Shown here: positions 29,354 through 39,643 of the stretch, in pieces | Numbering within the stretch: position 1 is the stretch's first letter | How the letters are laid out: every line of letters starts with the position of its first letter | DNA from: Hyphomicrobiales bacterium | GTDB taxonomy: Bacteria; Pseudomonadota; Alphaproteobacteria; Rhizobiales; Aestuariivirgaceae | Reading direction: 5' to 3' | Assembly: GCA_016792825.1 (NCBI GenBank) | Contig: JAEUMI010000092.1 | Coordinates: forward strand, 5,473-69,472 | Length of the DNA: 64,000 nucleotides | The notes under the pieces: model-generated | The model's database searches: none | Told to the model about the DNA's origin: nothing | Seen by the model: only the letters and a program-made list of their open reading frames with translations | Translations under genes and position numbers: made by a program

Positions 29354-30091
29354 ATGGATGTTGTTGATCTGCGTGAGTTCTACGCGAGTCCTTTGGGAAA
29401 TGCTACACGCCGCCTGCTTTCCGCCAAGCTGCGGCCGCGGCTGGGTTCGTTGAACGATGCCTGTGTAATGGGCATGGGATTTGCCACGCCCTATCTTGAC
29501 GATTTACCTTCCGAAACCAAACGCACCCTTGCCTTCATGATGGCGCGCCAGGGAGTCATTCACTGGCCGCAGTCAGGCGCCGTGAAATCGGCCCTGGTTG
29601 ATGAATTTGACCTTCCGCTGCTTGAAAGCACGGTGGATCTGGCCCTCGTGGTTCATGGACTGGAACTTACGGACAGCCCCATCGAGATGCTCCAGGAAGT
29701 CTGGCGGGTGATGGCGCCGCAGGGCCGGCTGGTTCTGGTAGTGCCAAACCGCCGCGGGCTGTGGGCGGCTTTCGACACCTCGCCCTTTGGCTATGGCCAG
29801 CCTTTTTCGCGCACCCAGCTTTCGGGCCTGCTCAAGGAGGCACAGTTTTCAGCGGTTTCCTGGTCCCATGCCCTGCAAATGCCGCCGACAAAAAGGGGTT
29901 TTGTCCATTCAGGGGCCAGCGCCATTGAACGGATTGGCGACTTGATCACCTCCCGCTTCTCTGGCGTCATCATTGTTGAGGCGGTGAAACAGGTTTATGC
30001 CTTTTCCTCAGGCAAGCGGGTCAGGCGCCTGATCCCGCGGTTCAAGCCAGCCCTGCTGCCGTCCCCTGTCCGCTTCGACGGCGGACAATAA
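29354..30091 (+). CDS. Class I SAM-dependent methyltransferase (YafS-like)
   Basis: MGMGFATPY, VHGLE, RVMAPQG; divergent from gloB as in the known gloB/yafS pair. Confidence 0.88.
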   Translation: MDVVDLREFYASPLGNATRRLLSAKLRPRLGSLNDACVMGMGFATPYLDDLPSETKRTLAFMMARQGVIHWPQSGAVKSALVDEFDLPLLESTVDLALVVHGLELTDSPIEMLQEVWRVMAPQGRLVLVVPNRRGLWAAFDTSPFGYGQPFSRTQLSGLLKEAQFSAVSWSHALQMPPTKRGFVHSGASAIERIGDLITSRFSGVIIVEAVKQVYAFSSGKRVRRLIPRFKPALLPSPVRFDGGQ

Positions 30092-30191
30092 CGGGGAAGC
30101 CTTTGCTTTTGTGACGGCTCCCAGTATGAAGGTCCAATCCTGTTGGAGCGGCGCCAGTAGGGCCGCCGGAGTACGTTAGAGATTGAAGACC

Positions 30192-30989
30192 ATGAGCGAA
30201 CCAGCTGGATCAGACGTTGAGCTTGAAGACATCCGCCGCGAAATGGATGCCATTGATGACGGCCTCGTAAACCTGCTTGAACGGCGCTTTGCCGCGACCG
30301 AACACGTGCGGGCCATCAAGTTGAGGAATGGCGGTCTGGGCGGTTCGGCCTTCCGGCCGGCACGCGAAGCGGCCATCCTTCGCCGGCTTCTGTCACGGCC
30401 CGATAGCCTTGTGCCACCGGAACTTCTGGTGCGTCTTTGGCGAAACATCCTGGCGCGCTCGGCCCAAAACCAGGCGGACATCACGGTTCATATCAGCAAG
30501 AAGCTCAATGCCTCAATGGGTTTGCGGCTCCGCATCAGGGATTACTTCGGCACCCTTCCAGTGGAAGAATACCGCGATGAGGCCCAGGCCCTGATGCAGG
30601 TCAACGCCAGCCCGGGAGACATCTGCATTGTTGAAACCGAGTCTCCCTGGGTAGAAGCCTTCGTCACCGGCAAGGCTGGCCAGGCAAGGGTGATTGCGTG
30701 CCTGCCGTTCCTGCGGGAAGAAACAGTTCCCAAACTCCTGGTGTTCGGGCACTCGCCGCCGGAGCCTACAGGAGATGATGAAACCCTGCTGGTCAGCGAC
30801 GGCAAACTTCCCCGGGATTTTTCGCCCGCACCACTCTGGCAGATCAAGCTGGGCCAGCACCGGGTGTCCTGCCTGCCGGGATTCCTGTCAGATCATGAAA
30901 GCCCGCTCGTAGGCCTCAACCGTTCCAACGCGCTGCTCGGCCTGAAGGTGGCCGGACGCTATCCTTCACCATTCGAGATCAAATCATGA
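30192..30989 (+). CDS. Chorismate mutase with C-terminal extension
   Basis: [34 protein letters not shown]. Confidence 0.88.
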   Translation: MSEPAGSDVELEDIRREMDAIDDGLVNLLERRFAATEHVRAIKLRNGGLGGSAFRPAREAAILRRLLSRPDSLVPPELLVRLWRNILARSAQNQADITVHISKKLNASMGLRLRIRDYFGTLPVEEYRDEAQALMQVNASPGDICIVETESPWVEAFVTGKAGQARVIACLPFLREETVPKLLVFGHSPPEPTGDDETLLVSDGKLPRDFSPAPLWQIKLGQHRVSCLPGFLSDHESPLVGLNRSNALLGLKVAGRYPSPFEIKS

Positions 30990-32089
30990 GTCTGAAGTCC
31001 GAAGCCAGCCACCCGCTTCCCAAGGCGGGCATTCTTGATATTTCGCCCTATGTGCCGGGTAAGAGCGCCGCCAAGGGTGCCAAAATATACAAGCTTTCCT
31101 CCAACGAGTCGCCGTTTGGCGCCTCGCCGCAAGCGGTGGCGGCCTATGCCTCCAAGAGCAACCTGCTGGCGCTCTATCCCGACGGTTCGGCCGCGGAACT
31201 GCGTGAGGCGATTGCGGCGCGATACGGATTGAATGCGGGATCAATCGTCTGCGGTGCCGGCTCGGATGAATTGCTGCAGCTCTTGGCGCATGCCTATCTG
31301 GCGCCGGACGACGAGGCGGTTTATTCGCAATTTGGATTCCTGGTCTATCCCATAGCCATCGCCTCCAATGGGGCCAAGGCTGTAGTCGCGCCGGAAGTTG
31401 ATCACACGACCAGTGTTGATGAGATGCTGAAATGCGTCACACCGCGGACCAAGATGGTATTTCTTGCCAATCCCAACAATCCCACGGGCACCTACCTGCC
31501 TTTCGACGAGGTGAAGCGCCTGCATGCGGGACTGCCGAAAACAACCCTGCTGGTGCTTGATGCGGCCTATGCGGAATATGTCAGGCGCAATGACTATGAG
31601 TCTGGCCTCGAGCTTGTTGCAACGTCCGACAACGTGGTCATGACGCGCACCTTCTCGAAAATCTACGGACTTGCGGGCTTGCGCCTGGGCTGGGCCTACT
31701 GTCCGGCCCACGTGGCTGACGTGCTGAACCGGATCCGCGGGCCGTTCAATGTCAGCGCGGCGGCGATGGCGGCGGGCGTTGCGGCGATTAACGACCAGAA
31801 ATTTGTTGAAGCCGCGATTGCGCATAATGAGAAGTGGCTTGTCCTGCTCACGGAGCAATTGCAGGCGCTGGGCCTTAAAGTCACGCCGAGCGTGGGAAAT
31901 TTCCTGCTCATTCATTTTGCTGCCAGCGGAAAGAAAACAGCTGGGATGGCTGATGCCTTTCTCAATGAGCACGGGATAATTCTGCGGCGGATGGAGGCCT
32001 ATGGCCTGCCGCACTGCCTGCGCATGACCATTGGCGACGAAGAAGCAAACCGCGCCGTTGTGTCGGCCCTTACGGACTTCCTGAAATGA
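30986..32089 (+). CDS. hisC: Histidinol-phosphate aminotransferase
   Basis: [34 protein letters not shown]. Confidence 0.96.
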   Translation: MSLKSEASHPLPKAGILDISPYVPGKSAAKGAKIYKLSSNESPFGASPQAVAAYASKSNLLALYPDGSAAELREAIAARYGLNAGSIVCGAGSDELLQLLAHAYLAPDDEAVYSQFGFLVYPIAIASNGAKAVVAPEVDHTTSVDEMLKCVTPRTKMVFLANPNNPTGTYLPFDEVKRLHAGLPKTTLLVLDAAYAEYVRRNDYESGLELVATSDNVVMTRTFSKIYGLAGLRLGWAYCPAHVADVLNRIRGPFNVSAAAMAAGVAAINDQKFVEAAIAHNEKWLVLLTEQLQALGLKVTPSVGNFLLIHFAASGKKTAGMADAFLNEHGIILRRMEAYGLPHCLRMTIGDEEANRAVVSALTDFLK

Positions 32090-33006
32090 GCGTGCAGTTT
32101 GAACGCGTGGCCCTTATCGGCATCGGCCTCATCGGCTCGTCACTTGCCCATGTCATGCGGCGCGAGAAGATCGCGGCACATATCACGGGCTATGCAAAAA
32201 GCGAGGAGACACGGAAGGCGGCGGTGCAGCTTGGTTTGGTTGACAGCATTCATGCCACCGCGGCCTCGGCAGTGAGAGATGCGGATCTGGTTATTCTGTG
32301 CGTGCCGGTGGGCGCCTGCGGGGCCATTGCGAAGGAAATGGGTGCGGCGCTGAAGCCGGGCTGCATTGTCACGGACGTGGGGTCGGTCAAAGCCGCCGTG
32401 GTACGGGATGTGGCGCCGCATTTGCCGGCTGGAGTTCATTTCGTGCCCGGCCATCCCATTGCCGGCACGGAGCAATCAGGACCTGCGTCCGGCTTTGCCG
32501 ACCTGTTTCTCAAGCGCTGGTGCATCCTCACGCCGCTTCCCGGCAGCGATGCCGTCGCTGTGATGCGGCTGGAAAAATTCTGGCATTCCTGCGGCTCCTA
32601 CGTAGACCAAATGACGCCTGAGCATCACGACCTTGTGCTGGCGATCACCAGCCATCTGCCGCATCTCATTGCCTATAACACGGTGGCCACCGCGGCCGAC
32701 CTTGAAGAGGTGACGGATTCGGAAGTGATCAAGTATTCAGCCGGCGGCTTTCGCGATTTCACCCGCATTGCGGCATCCGATCCCACCATGTGGCGCGACG
32801 TGTTCCTGAATAACCGCGAAGCGGTGCTGGAGATGCTGGGGCGGTTTTCGGAGGACCTGTCGGCGCTGCAGCGGGCCATCCGCTGGGGCGATGGCGAAAC
32901 GCTTTTCAATCTTTTCACGCGAGCCCGCGAAGTGCGCCGGAACATCATCGCGGCGGGGCAGGAAACCGCGGCACCGGATTTCGGCCGCGATCCAAAACAC
33001 CGTTAA
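32086..33006 (+). CDS. tyrA: Prephenate/arogenate (cyclohexadienyl) dehydrogenase
   Basis: [37 protein letters not shown]. Confidence 0.94.
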   Translation: MSVQFERVALIGIGLIGSSLAHVMRREKIAAHITGYAKSEETRKAAVQLGLVDSIHATAASAVRDADLVILCVPVGACGAIAKEMGAALKPGCIVTDVGSVKAAVVRDVAPHLPAGVHFVPGHPIAGTEQSGPASGFADLFLKRWCILTPLPGSDAVAVMRLEKFWHSCGSYVDQMTPEHHDLVLAITSHLPHLIAYNTVATAADLEEVTDSEVIKYSAGGFRDFTRIAASDPTMWRDVFLNNREAVLEMLGRFSEDLSALQRAIRWGDGETLFNLFTRAREVRRNIIAAGQETAAPDFGRDPKHR

Positions 33007-33947
33007 TAGAGTGGCGCGAGGTCTGCGAGCTTGAGCAAACCCCAGTAGAGGGCGCCATCTTTCGCAACAAGGTCTGCCTTTGTCGTCCCTGTCGAGGGAT
33101 CGCTGCCGGTCAAGCTGACGAGATTTTTTATTGTGGTACTGTCCTGTTCATTCAAGGCAAAGACGGGTTCAATGAATTTCATCACGCCGTCGATGTCGTT
33201 GGTCTGGCTCGAGAGCTTGCCTGCCAACCGGTGCTGGGGATCGAGTGAGACAGTGCCTGTCGCCGCGAACTCCACGGGCCCTTGCGAAATTTTCAGCGCG
33301 CTTATGTCGAGGGTGTGTCCGGCCAGACGCCGTTGCGTGAGGAGCGAGGCGCTGGTCTGGCCGACGAGTTCAGCACTTGAAACGATGATGGGCGGAATGT
33401 CCGGCTGGATTACGGTGAGCTCTTTGGTGTTGGCGGCGAGATCCAGCCTGCCGTTTAATCTTCTGGCGAAGAGTTTCAGTTGGCCAGCCGTAAACAGGCC
33501 CTGGGCTGTTACGCTGGCAGTTTCCAGACTTGCATCCCAGTCCTGATCAAGACCGGCCGTCACGGACATCAGGGCGCGGTCATGGATGACTGCTGTTTGA
33601 TCAATTGACGTGGGACCGTCGACGAGCACAATGACATGGAGAGGATTATAGGCTTGGGCAATTGCCAGGATTTTTGATGTCTGGACGCCGTAGGTTTGGC
33701 TGCCGTGGATAAAATGCAACTTTGCGGTCCCGCACTGGAATTCAAAGCGGAAGGGAAAGCCGCCCCAGCTTTCACGGGCGCAGGAGAACGCCATGCCTCG
33801 GCCTGCGAATTCCAGGCGCTTTGCTTCAAAGAGTTCCTTGGCACCCGAAAAGGCAATGAACCAGTAACCACACCAGAGAAGGCTGACGAGGATCATTCCG
33901 GTGAGCGGATAGAACATGTACCATGGGCGTTTTGCATTGGAAGCCAT
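33003..33947 (-). CDS. DUF2125 family membrane-anchored protein
   Basis: N-terminal TM LWCGYWF, GGFPFRFE, AQAYNP; adjacent to tyrA and ChaC. Confidence 0.75.
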   Translation of the reverse strand: MASNAKRPWYMFYPLTGMILVSLLWCGYWFIAFSGAKELFEAKRLEFAGRGMAFSCARESWGGFPFRFEFQCGTAKLHFIHGSQTYGVQTSKILAIAQAYNPLHVIVLVDGPTSIDQTAVIHDRALMSVTAGLDQDWDASLETASVTAQGLFTAGQLKLFARRLNGRLDLAANTKELTVIQPDIPPIIVSSAELVGQTSASLLTQRRLAGHTLDISALKISQGPVEFAATGTVSLDPQHRLAGKLSSQTNDIDGVMKFIEPVFALNEQDSTTIKNLVSLTGSDPSTGTTKADLVAKDGALYWGLLKLADLAPLY

Positions 33948-33984
33948 ATGATCTAATGATTCTCCTGAAGTGATTTGAAGCGGA

Positions 33985-34521
33985 ATGAGCATGCAACAGT
34001 GCTGGATATTTGGCTATGGGTCGCTCATGTGGCGGCCGGGGTTTGAGTTTGAGTCGCAGGCGCACGGGCGCATCCGCGGCTTTCACCGCAGCCTTTGCGT
34101 TTATTCGCTGCATCACCGGGGCACCGAGGCCTTGCCCGGCCTGGTGCTTGGGCTGGACCGCGGCGGCTCGTGCGTTGGCGTGGCGTTTCAGATCAGGCCT
34201 TCGAAGTGGGAGGCAACGCTGGCTTACCTGCGCGAGCGCGAACAGGTGAGCCAGGTCTATCTGGAAGTGACGCAGCAGGTTGAACTTCTGGGAGGCCAGG
34301 AGAAAGTCGAGGCGGTGGCTTTTATCGTTGACCGGGCCCATCCCCAGTATGCGGGCAAGCTCTCGCATGCGGAGATTTTGAAACATGTCATGCAGGGCGA
34401 AGGGAAGTTCGGCCATTGCCGCGACTATGTCATGAACACGCTTGTCCACCTCCGGCAGATGAACATCCACGACAAGACGCTGGAAGCCATCGGCGCCGAA
34501 CTGCACCTACTAGGCGGCTAG
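33985..34521 (+). CDS. Gamma-glutamylcyclotransferase (ChaC family)
   Basis: WIFGYGSLMW, HRGT..PGLVLGLD..G.C.G, YLRERE. Confidence 0.93.
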   Translation: MSMQQCWIFGYGSLMWRPGFEFESQAHGRIRGFHRSLCVYSLHHRGTEALPGLVLGLDRGGSCVGVAFQIRPSKWEATLAYLREREQVSQVYLEVTQQVELLGGQEKVEAVAFIVDRAHPQYAGKLSHAEILKHVMQGEGKFGHCRDYVMNTLVHLRQMNIHDKTLEAIGAELHLLGG

Positions 34522-34878
34522 GCTCACGGTCTGGCGGGATTCAACAAAGGCCTCCTGAAGATCATCCAGAACGGCGTTGGCCGCGACATCGTCGCGGGCC
34601 AGCAGATGAACGTGGATCTCATCGGCATCGACATCAGCCAATTCGGAAGATGTGCCGTCCCAGAAGGGTGAAAAGCGGCCCATGGCGGTGACAGTCCTAA
34701 GCTGGCCAATTCGCCGGACAGCCACATAAACGGCACCGGGAAGCGGCGGACAGGCGCTCGCAGCATAGACGGAGTGGATGTATTTCTTGCCCGAAGCCCC
34801 CCGCCAGTACCAGAAACGCTCATTATCATTTGAGCCCAGCGGGAAATTAATAGAGATGGGGGAACCTTGTATCAACAT
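34510..34878 (-). CDS. Hypothetical 122-aa protein, LexA-controlled and possibly a nuclease
   Basis: Clean ORF (RFWYWRGASGKKYIHSVY..AVYVAVRR..IHVHLLA) filling the ChaC-nrdJ gap; ATG 34878 lies 2 nt from the LexA box. Confidence 0.75.
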   Translation of the reverse strand: MLIQGSPISINFPLGSNDNERFWYWRGASGKKYIHSVYAASACPPLPGAVYVAVRRIGQLRTVTAMGRFSPFWDGTSSELADVDADEIHVHLLARDDVAANAVLDDLQEAFVESRQTVSLAA

Positions 34879-34880
34879 GG

Positions 34881-34895
34881 GAACAAACATAGAAC
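34881..34895 (-). promoter_or_regulatory. LexA (SOS) box
   Basis: GTTC-TATGTTT-GTTC, an exact match to the alphaproteobacterial GTTC-N7-GTTC consensus, overlapping the -10 element. Confidence 0.8.
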
Positions 34896-34914
34896 AACTT
34901 TGATTCAAATGCAA
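34886..34914 (-). promoter_or_regulatory. Sigma-70 promoter of the SOS gene
   Basis: TTGCAT-N17-TATGTT, 7 nt before the ATG. Confidence 0.65.
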
Positions 34915-34922
34915 GCACTAAT

Positions 34923-37148
34923 TTAGCTGCACTTCGAAAATCCGCAGGAGAGGCAGGTAGCGCAGCCCTCCTGAAAGACCAGTGCCAACTCGCCGCAGCG
35001 CGGGCAGGAAGCCCTTTTGGCGCCTGGCGTTGCCACGAATTCGGTCTTCTGCCGGGGTTCGAGGAAGCCGATTTCAACCATGTGTTTTTCGATGACGCTG
35101 CCGATGGCCGCCAGGAGGCTCGGCACATAGTGGCCATCCATCCATTGCCCGCCGCGGGGATCGAACACCGCCTTCAGCTCCTCTACGACAAAGGACACAT
35201 CGCCGCCGCGCCGGAACACCGCGGAAATCATCCGGGTGAGCGCCACGGTCCAGGCGAAGTGCTCCATGTTTTTCGAATTGATAAAAATTTCGAAGGGGCG
35301 GCGCTTCCCGTCCTTCACGATGTCATTCATGGTGATGTAGATGGCGTGGTCGGTTTCGGGCCACTTCAGTTTGTAGGTGATGCCATTGAGCGCCGGGTCG
35401 CGCTCCATGACGGTCACATCCCTGTCCTCGGTCACCGAGGCGGTCGACAGCACGGATCCGGTCACCTCGTTGGGACGGAAGGTGGTGCATCCCTTGAGGC
35501 CCAGGTCATAGGCTTCGCTGTAGACATCCTTGAAGCTTTCGAAATTGCAATCCTCGGGCACATTGATGGTTTTCGAAATGGAACTGTCGATGTGTTTCTG
35601 AACCGCGGCCTGCATGACGAGGTGTTCGTGCGGGGTGAGATCATCGGCGGTGACGAAAGCCGGCGGCAGCGGCGTGTCGGCGCCCTTGAGGTGCCACCAG
35701 AGCCTGGCGGCATAGTCATCGACGCGCAGGGTCATGCGGCTGTTGTCGGCGAGCCGCACCTTGCGCTCATAGCTCACGCTGAAAATGGGTTCGATGCCGC
35801 TCGAGACATTTCCGGCGAAAAGCGAAATGGTGCCGGTGGGAGCAATGGAGGTGAGCAGCCCGTTGCGCAGGCCCGATGAGGCAATGTCCTGTCTGATGGC
35901 TTTGGGAAGTTTTCTGGCGTGGCCGCCTTTCAAATAGGCCTCCGCATTGAAAAGTGGAAAGGAGCCCTTCTCGGCGGCGAGCTTCGAGCTCATTTTGTAG
36001 GCGGCGTTCTCGATGATTTTCGCCCAGGTATTTGCGGCTTCGGCGGCAGCACTTGAACCATAACGCAGGCCGCACATGGCGAGCGCGTCGGCAAGGCCGG
36101 TCATTCCCAAACCCAGACGGCGCTTGGCACGGGCTTCTGCCGCCTGCTGTTCAAGCGGATAATTCGACACGTCGACCACATCGTCCAGAAAGCGGATGGC
36201 CACACCCACCGTCTTGCTCAGGGCCGCTTCATCGATTGAGGCATTGGCCTCGAACGGATATTTCACAAAGCGCGTGAGATTGATCGAACCCAGCAGGCAG
36301 GCGCCATAGCTGGGCAGGGGCTGCTCGCCGCAAGGGTTGGTGCAGTGAATGGTTTCGCAGTAGCCCAAATTGTTTTGCGCGTTGATGCGGTCAATGAAGA
36401 TGACGCCGGGTTCGGCATAGTCATAAGTTGACTGCATGATCTGGTCCCACAAGCTGCGGGCCGAGATTGTGCGGTAATCCTGCCCCGCAAAGGTCAAGGT
36501 CCAGGGTGCATCTGCCTTCACCGCAGCCATGAAGGCATCGCTCACCAGCACCGACAAATTGAAATTCCTGAGCCGCAGCGGATCGCGCTTAGCGGCAATG
36601 AAGGCTTCGATGTCGGGATGGTGGCAATGCATGGTTGCCATCATGGCGCCGCGCCTGGCGCCTGCCGACATGATGGTGCGGCACATGGAGTCCCAGACAT
36701 CCATGAAGCTCAAGGGTCCCGAGGCATCGGCGCCCACGCCTTTGACGGGCGCACCCTTGGGCCTGAGCGTTGAGAAATCATGGCCGATGCCGCCTCCCTG
36801 CTGCAGGGTGAGGGCTGCTTCCTTCAGGCCATCGAATATGCCGAGCATGGAGTCATCGATGGTGCCCATGACGAAGCAGTTGAACAGGGTGACGCTTCGC
36901 TTGGTGCCAGCACCGGCGACAATGCGGCCGGCGGGTAAAAAGCGGAAATCCGAAAACGCTTCATAGAACGAAGAGGCCCAGGTCTCGCGCAGGGCCGGTT
37001 TTTCGGCCTCGGCCACGGCGCGGGCAACGCGCCACCAGGTGTCCTCGATGGTCTGGTCATGGATGGCGCCACCCACGTCCTTGAACCGATACTTCATGTC
37101 CCAGATCTCTTGCGAGATGGGATCGAGAATACCAACGCTTTTATCCAT
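34923..37148 (-). CDS. nrdJ: Adenosylcobalamin-dependent (class II) ribonucleotide reductase
   Basis: TLFNCFV, TNPCGEQPL, CLLGSINL, IAPTGTIS, DSSISKTIN, TSCPD-like domain and C-terminal CPRC..CLSC; no ATP cone and no intein evident. Confidence 0.95.
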   Translation of the reverse strand: MDKSVGILDPISQEIWDMKYRFKDVGGAIHDQTIEDTWWRVARAVAEAEKPALRETWASSFYEAFSDFRFLPAGRIVAGAGTKRSVTLFNCFVMGTIDDSMLGIFDGLKEAALTLQQGGGIGHDFSTLRPKGAPVKGVGADASGPLSFMDVWDSMCRTIMSAGARRGAMMATMHCHHPDIEAFIAAKRDPLRLRNFNLSVLVSDAFMAAVKADAPWTLTFAGQDYRTISARSLWDQIMQSTYDYAEPGVIFIDRINAQNNLGYCETIHCTNPCGEQPLPSYGACLLGSINLTRFVKYPFEANASIDEAALSKTVGVAIRFLDDVVDVSNYPLEQQAAEARAKRRLGLGMTGLADALAMCGLRYGSSAAAEAANTWAKIIENAAYKMSSKLAAEKGSFPLFNAEAYLKGGHARKLPKAIRQDIASSGLRNGLLTSIAPTGTISLFAGNVSSGIEPIFSVSYERKVRLADNSRMTLRVDDYAARLWWHLKGADTPLPPAFVTADDLTPHEHLVMQAAVQKHIDSSISKTINVPEDCNFESFKDVYSEAYDLGLKGCTTFRPNEVTGSVLSTASVTEDRDVTVMERDPALNGITYKLKWPETDHAIYITMNDIVKDGKRRPFEIFINSKNMEHFAWTVALTRMISAVFRRGGDVSFVVEELKAVFDPRGGQWMDGHYVPSLLAAIGSVIEKHMVEIGFLEPRQKTEFVATPGAKRASCPRCGELALVFQEGCATCLSCGFSKCS

Positions 37149-37192
37149 GACGACCTCGGTCACTCCTGCGGCGATAGTATCGCAAAGTGTGG

Positions 37193-37939
37193 TCAGAGTC
37201 GAGAAATGTTCTTGATTCGTACTGCCTCGCGACCCTCGGCCACGAGCTTGGCCGTGGTGGTTTCGATGTCATCCTGGAGTCTTTCCTGGAAGGCCTTGCG
37301 GGGAAGGCCTGCGGGGATGAGCGGCAGGAATTCCAGGACGATGGTGCCGGGATAGCGGAGGAATTTGCGGCGGGGCCAGAACAGGCCGGAATTCACGGCA
37401 AAGGGCAGGCAGGGGCAGCCCAAGGTGCCGTAGAGGGCTGCAGCGCCGGGCTTGTAGGCGGGGGGCGCATCGGGGGCCTGTCTGGTACCTTCCGGCATAA
37501 TGACGATCTGGCGGCCCGCAGCAAGCTCCTCGACGCCCCTTGCCATAAGCTTGCGCAGGGCGGCGGAGCCGGCGCCGCGCTCCAACCGGATCATGCGGAA
37601 TTTGAAAATGAACCAGCCGAAGAACGGAATCCACGACAACTCCCGTTTCAGGACCATGCAGGGATCATCGAGACAGGGAAGGATGGCGAAGGTTTCCCAC
37701 ACGGATTGATGCTTGCCCGCCACCAGAACCGGGCCGTCTGGAATATTTTCTTTGCCGCGCACCTCGATTTGCGTGCCGCAGATCACCCGCAACAGCCACA
37801 GCGAGGTACGCGCCCAGGCCTGAAGGGCGCGCAGCGCAACTTTGCGCGGGGCCAGGAAAAATCCCGCCCCCAGCAGCATGAAAAGCGCAAGGTTCACATA
37901 GAAGGCAATATTGAAAAGCAGCGAGCGAAAGGCAATCAC
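37193..37939 (-). CDS. plsC: 1-acyl-sn-glycerol-3-phosphate acyltransferase
   Basis: KHQSVWET, MPEGTR; GTG start overlaps the ftsX stop. Confidence 0.88.
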   Translation of the reverse strand: MIAFRSLLFNIAFYVNLALFMLLGAGFFLAPRKVALRALQAWARTSLWLLRVICGTQIEVRGKENIPDGPVLVAGKHQSVWETFAILPCLDDPCMVLKRELSWIPFFGWFIFKFRMIRLERGAGSAALRKLMARGVEELAAGRQIVIMPEGTRQAPDAPPAYKPGAAALYGTLGCPCLPFAVNSGLFWPRRKFLRYPGTIVLEFLPLIPAGLPRKAFQERLQDDIETTTAKLVAEGREAVRIKNISRL

Positions 37940-38847
37940 AGCACGCTTCTCAACATGCGGATGAGTGCCACGCGCGAGGTGACGAGGCAGATCAACGTGG
38001 CAATGATCGGTACACTGAACAAGAGGCCGTAACTCCAAATGGCGATTTCTGGAGGCGCGAACAGAAGCCCGCGGCTGGCATCGGCAACCCCGCCTACGCC
38101 CATTGTTCCGGCAAGGCCGAGAAGAAAAAAGGTCAATACCCCAAGGCCCACGCCCAGCAATCCGGCCATGAAGCCGGTGCGGAGAAAACGGCTGTCGATC
38201 TGGTGGGCGATATAGCTGTCCTTGGCGCCCACGAGATGCAGCACGTCCACCACCTGGCGGTTGGCGTCAAGCACGGTGCGGGTGGCAAAGATCACCATGG
38301 CAATGGCTGATATGCAGATGAGGGCAAGAATGGCATAGGAGAGAGTTGAAAGGGCCCTTGCCATGCGGGTGAGTTCCACCTCCCAGCGCCGGTGGGTATC
38401 GAGACTTGCGCCGCTCACGGACTTTTTCAGCTGGTTGTCGAGGGCAACAAAATCAGGCGGTGCGGCCTCATCAATGGTCACGCGGATGAGGCGCGGGATG
38501 GGCAGGTCGTCGAGACTGCCGGTTCCGAGCCATGGCTCCAGAAGCTTGGCGCCGGCATCGCGTTCAAGCACCTCAACTTTGGTCACGCCAACCGTTGTTT
38601 CGAGCAGGACTTTCGCCTTGGCCAGTTCCTTGTCAATGTCGGCATTCTGCATGAGCCTGATCTGCACGGTGACCTCGCGCGACAGGCCGCTGGTCCAGGA
38701 TTCCACGGCGCGGTCGATCAGGATCAGGGCGCCGATGGCAAGGCAGGCGAGATAGCACATCACCGTCATGGTCACGGTGAGCGCCTTCAGGGGAGCGGCT
38801 TCGGGCGGGATGATGGGACCCTTCCTGAATTTTTTCTGGCGCGTCAT
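37936..38847 (-). CDS. ftsX: Cell division ABC permease FtsX
   Basis: TM1, periplasmic loop, LHLVGAKDSYIA; coupled to ftsE. Confidence 0.92.
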   Translation of the reverse strand: MTRQKKFRKGPIIPPEAAPLKALTVTMTVMCYLACLAIGALILIDRAVESWTSGLSREVTVQIRLMQNADIDKELAKAKVLLETTVGVTKVEVLERDAGAKLLEPWLGTGSLDDLPIPRLIRVTIDEAAPPDFVALDNQLKKSVSGASLDTHRRWEVELTRMARALSTLSYAILALICISAIAMVIFATRTVLDANRQVVDVLHLVGAKDSYIAHQIDSRFLRTGFMAGLLGVGLGVLTFFLLGLAGTMGVGGVADASRGLLFAPPEIAIWSYGLLFSVPIIATLICLVTSRVALIRMLRSVL

Positions 38848-39515
38848 GCGGCTTTCAATATTCCTTTTTCGAGGTGAAGCACAGAACCCTTGCCTTGCGA
38901 GACAAGCTTGAGATCATGGGTTGCCAGGAACACGGTGGTGCCCAGGCGGTTCAGCTCCATGAAGAGATGGAGCAGGCGCTTGGCCAGAACCGGATCGACG
39001 TTTCCGGTGGGCTCGTCGGCGAGCAGCAGTTCCGGTTTTGAAATGACGGCGCGGGCGATGGCGGCGCGCTGCTTCTCGCCGCCGGACAGCACCGGCGGAT
39101 AGGCCTGAGCCTGGTCGGCGAGCCCCACCCAGTTGAGCAGGTCCAACACGTCGGAGCGGTAGCTGTCCTCGCGCTGGCCCATGACACGGAGCGGCAGGGC
39201 CACGTTGTCAAAGGTGGTGAGATGGTCGAGCAGGCGGAACTCCTGGAACACCACACCAATTCGGCGGCGGAGCAGCGGCAGTTCCCAGCGGCTCACTTGA
39301 GAGACATCCTTTTCAAAGATGTTGATGATGCCCCGGGTCGGCTTCAGGGCGAGGAACAGCAGGCGCAGAAGTGAGGTCTTGCCCGCTCCCGAAGGCCCGG
39401 TGAGAAAGCACAGGGAACCGGGCCGCAGGTGAAAACTGACGTCCTTCAAAATTTCGGGCCCATCGCCGTAACGCAGGCCAACACTGTCAAGACGAACCAC
39501 TAAACCGAACTCCAA
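38844..39515 (-). CDS. ftsE: Cell division ATP-binding protein FtsE
   Basis: GPSGAGKT, RRRIGVVFQEFRLL, LSGGEKQR, ADEPTGNVD. Confidence 0.95.
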   Translation of the reverse strand: MEFGLVVRLDSVGLRYGDGPEILKDVSFHLRPGSLCFLTGPSGAGKTSLLRLLFLALKPTRGIINIFEKDVSQVSRWELPLLRRRIGVVFQEFRLLDHLTTFDNVALPLRVMGQREDSYRSDVLDLLNWVGLADQAQAYPPVLSGGEKQRAAIARAVISKPELLLADEPTGNVDPVLAKRLLHLFMELNRLGTTVFLATHDLKLVSQGKGSVLHLEKGILKAA

Positions 39516-39545
39516 GCCGAAATAGCTGTCACACCACGCCCGGTC

Positions 39546-39561
39546 TTAACGCCGCATTAAC
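39546..39561. promoter_or_regulatory. CtrA binding site between ftsE and the zitP-like gene
   Basis: TTAA-CGCCGCA-TTAAC is an exact TTAA-N7-TTAAC; extra GTTAAC at 39572-39577. Confidence 0.75.
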
Positions 39562-39643
39562 CCTGATTGCTGTTAACAATTCAGGGGGTGCTTGGGCTTT
39601 AGGCGGAGGGCGCGGGCGAATCAATGGATGATATGATCTTCAG

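Noticed and set aside
30092-30191. Two small hairpins upstream of chorismate mutase (possible riboswitch or attenuator)
   Set aside because: No match to SAM-II or SAM/SAH cores, no aromatic-rich leader peptide and no U-tract
34923-37192. Intein, NrdR box or cobalamin riboswitch at nrdJ
   Set aside because: Catalytic motifs are contiguous at normal length, and the upstream gap is only 29-44 nt with no convincing box
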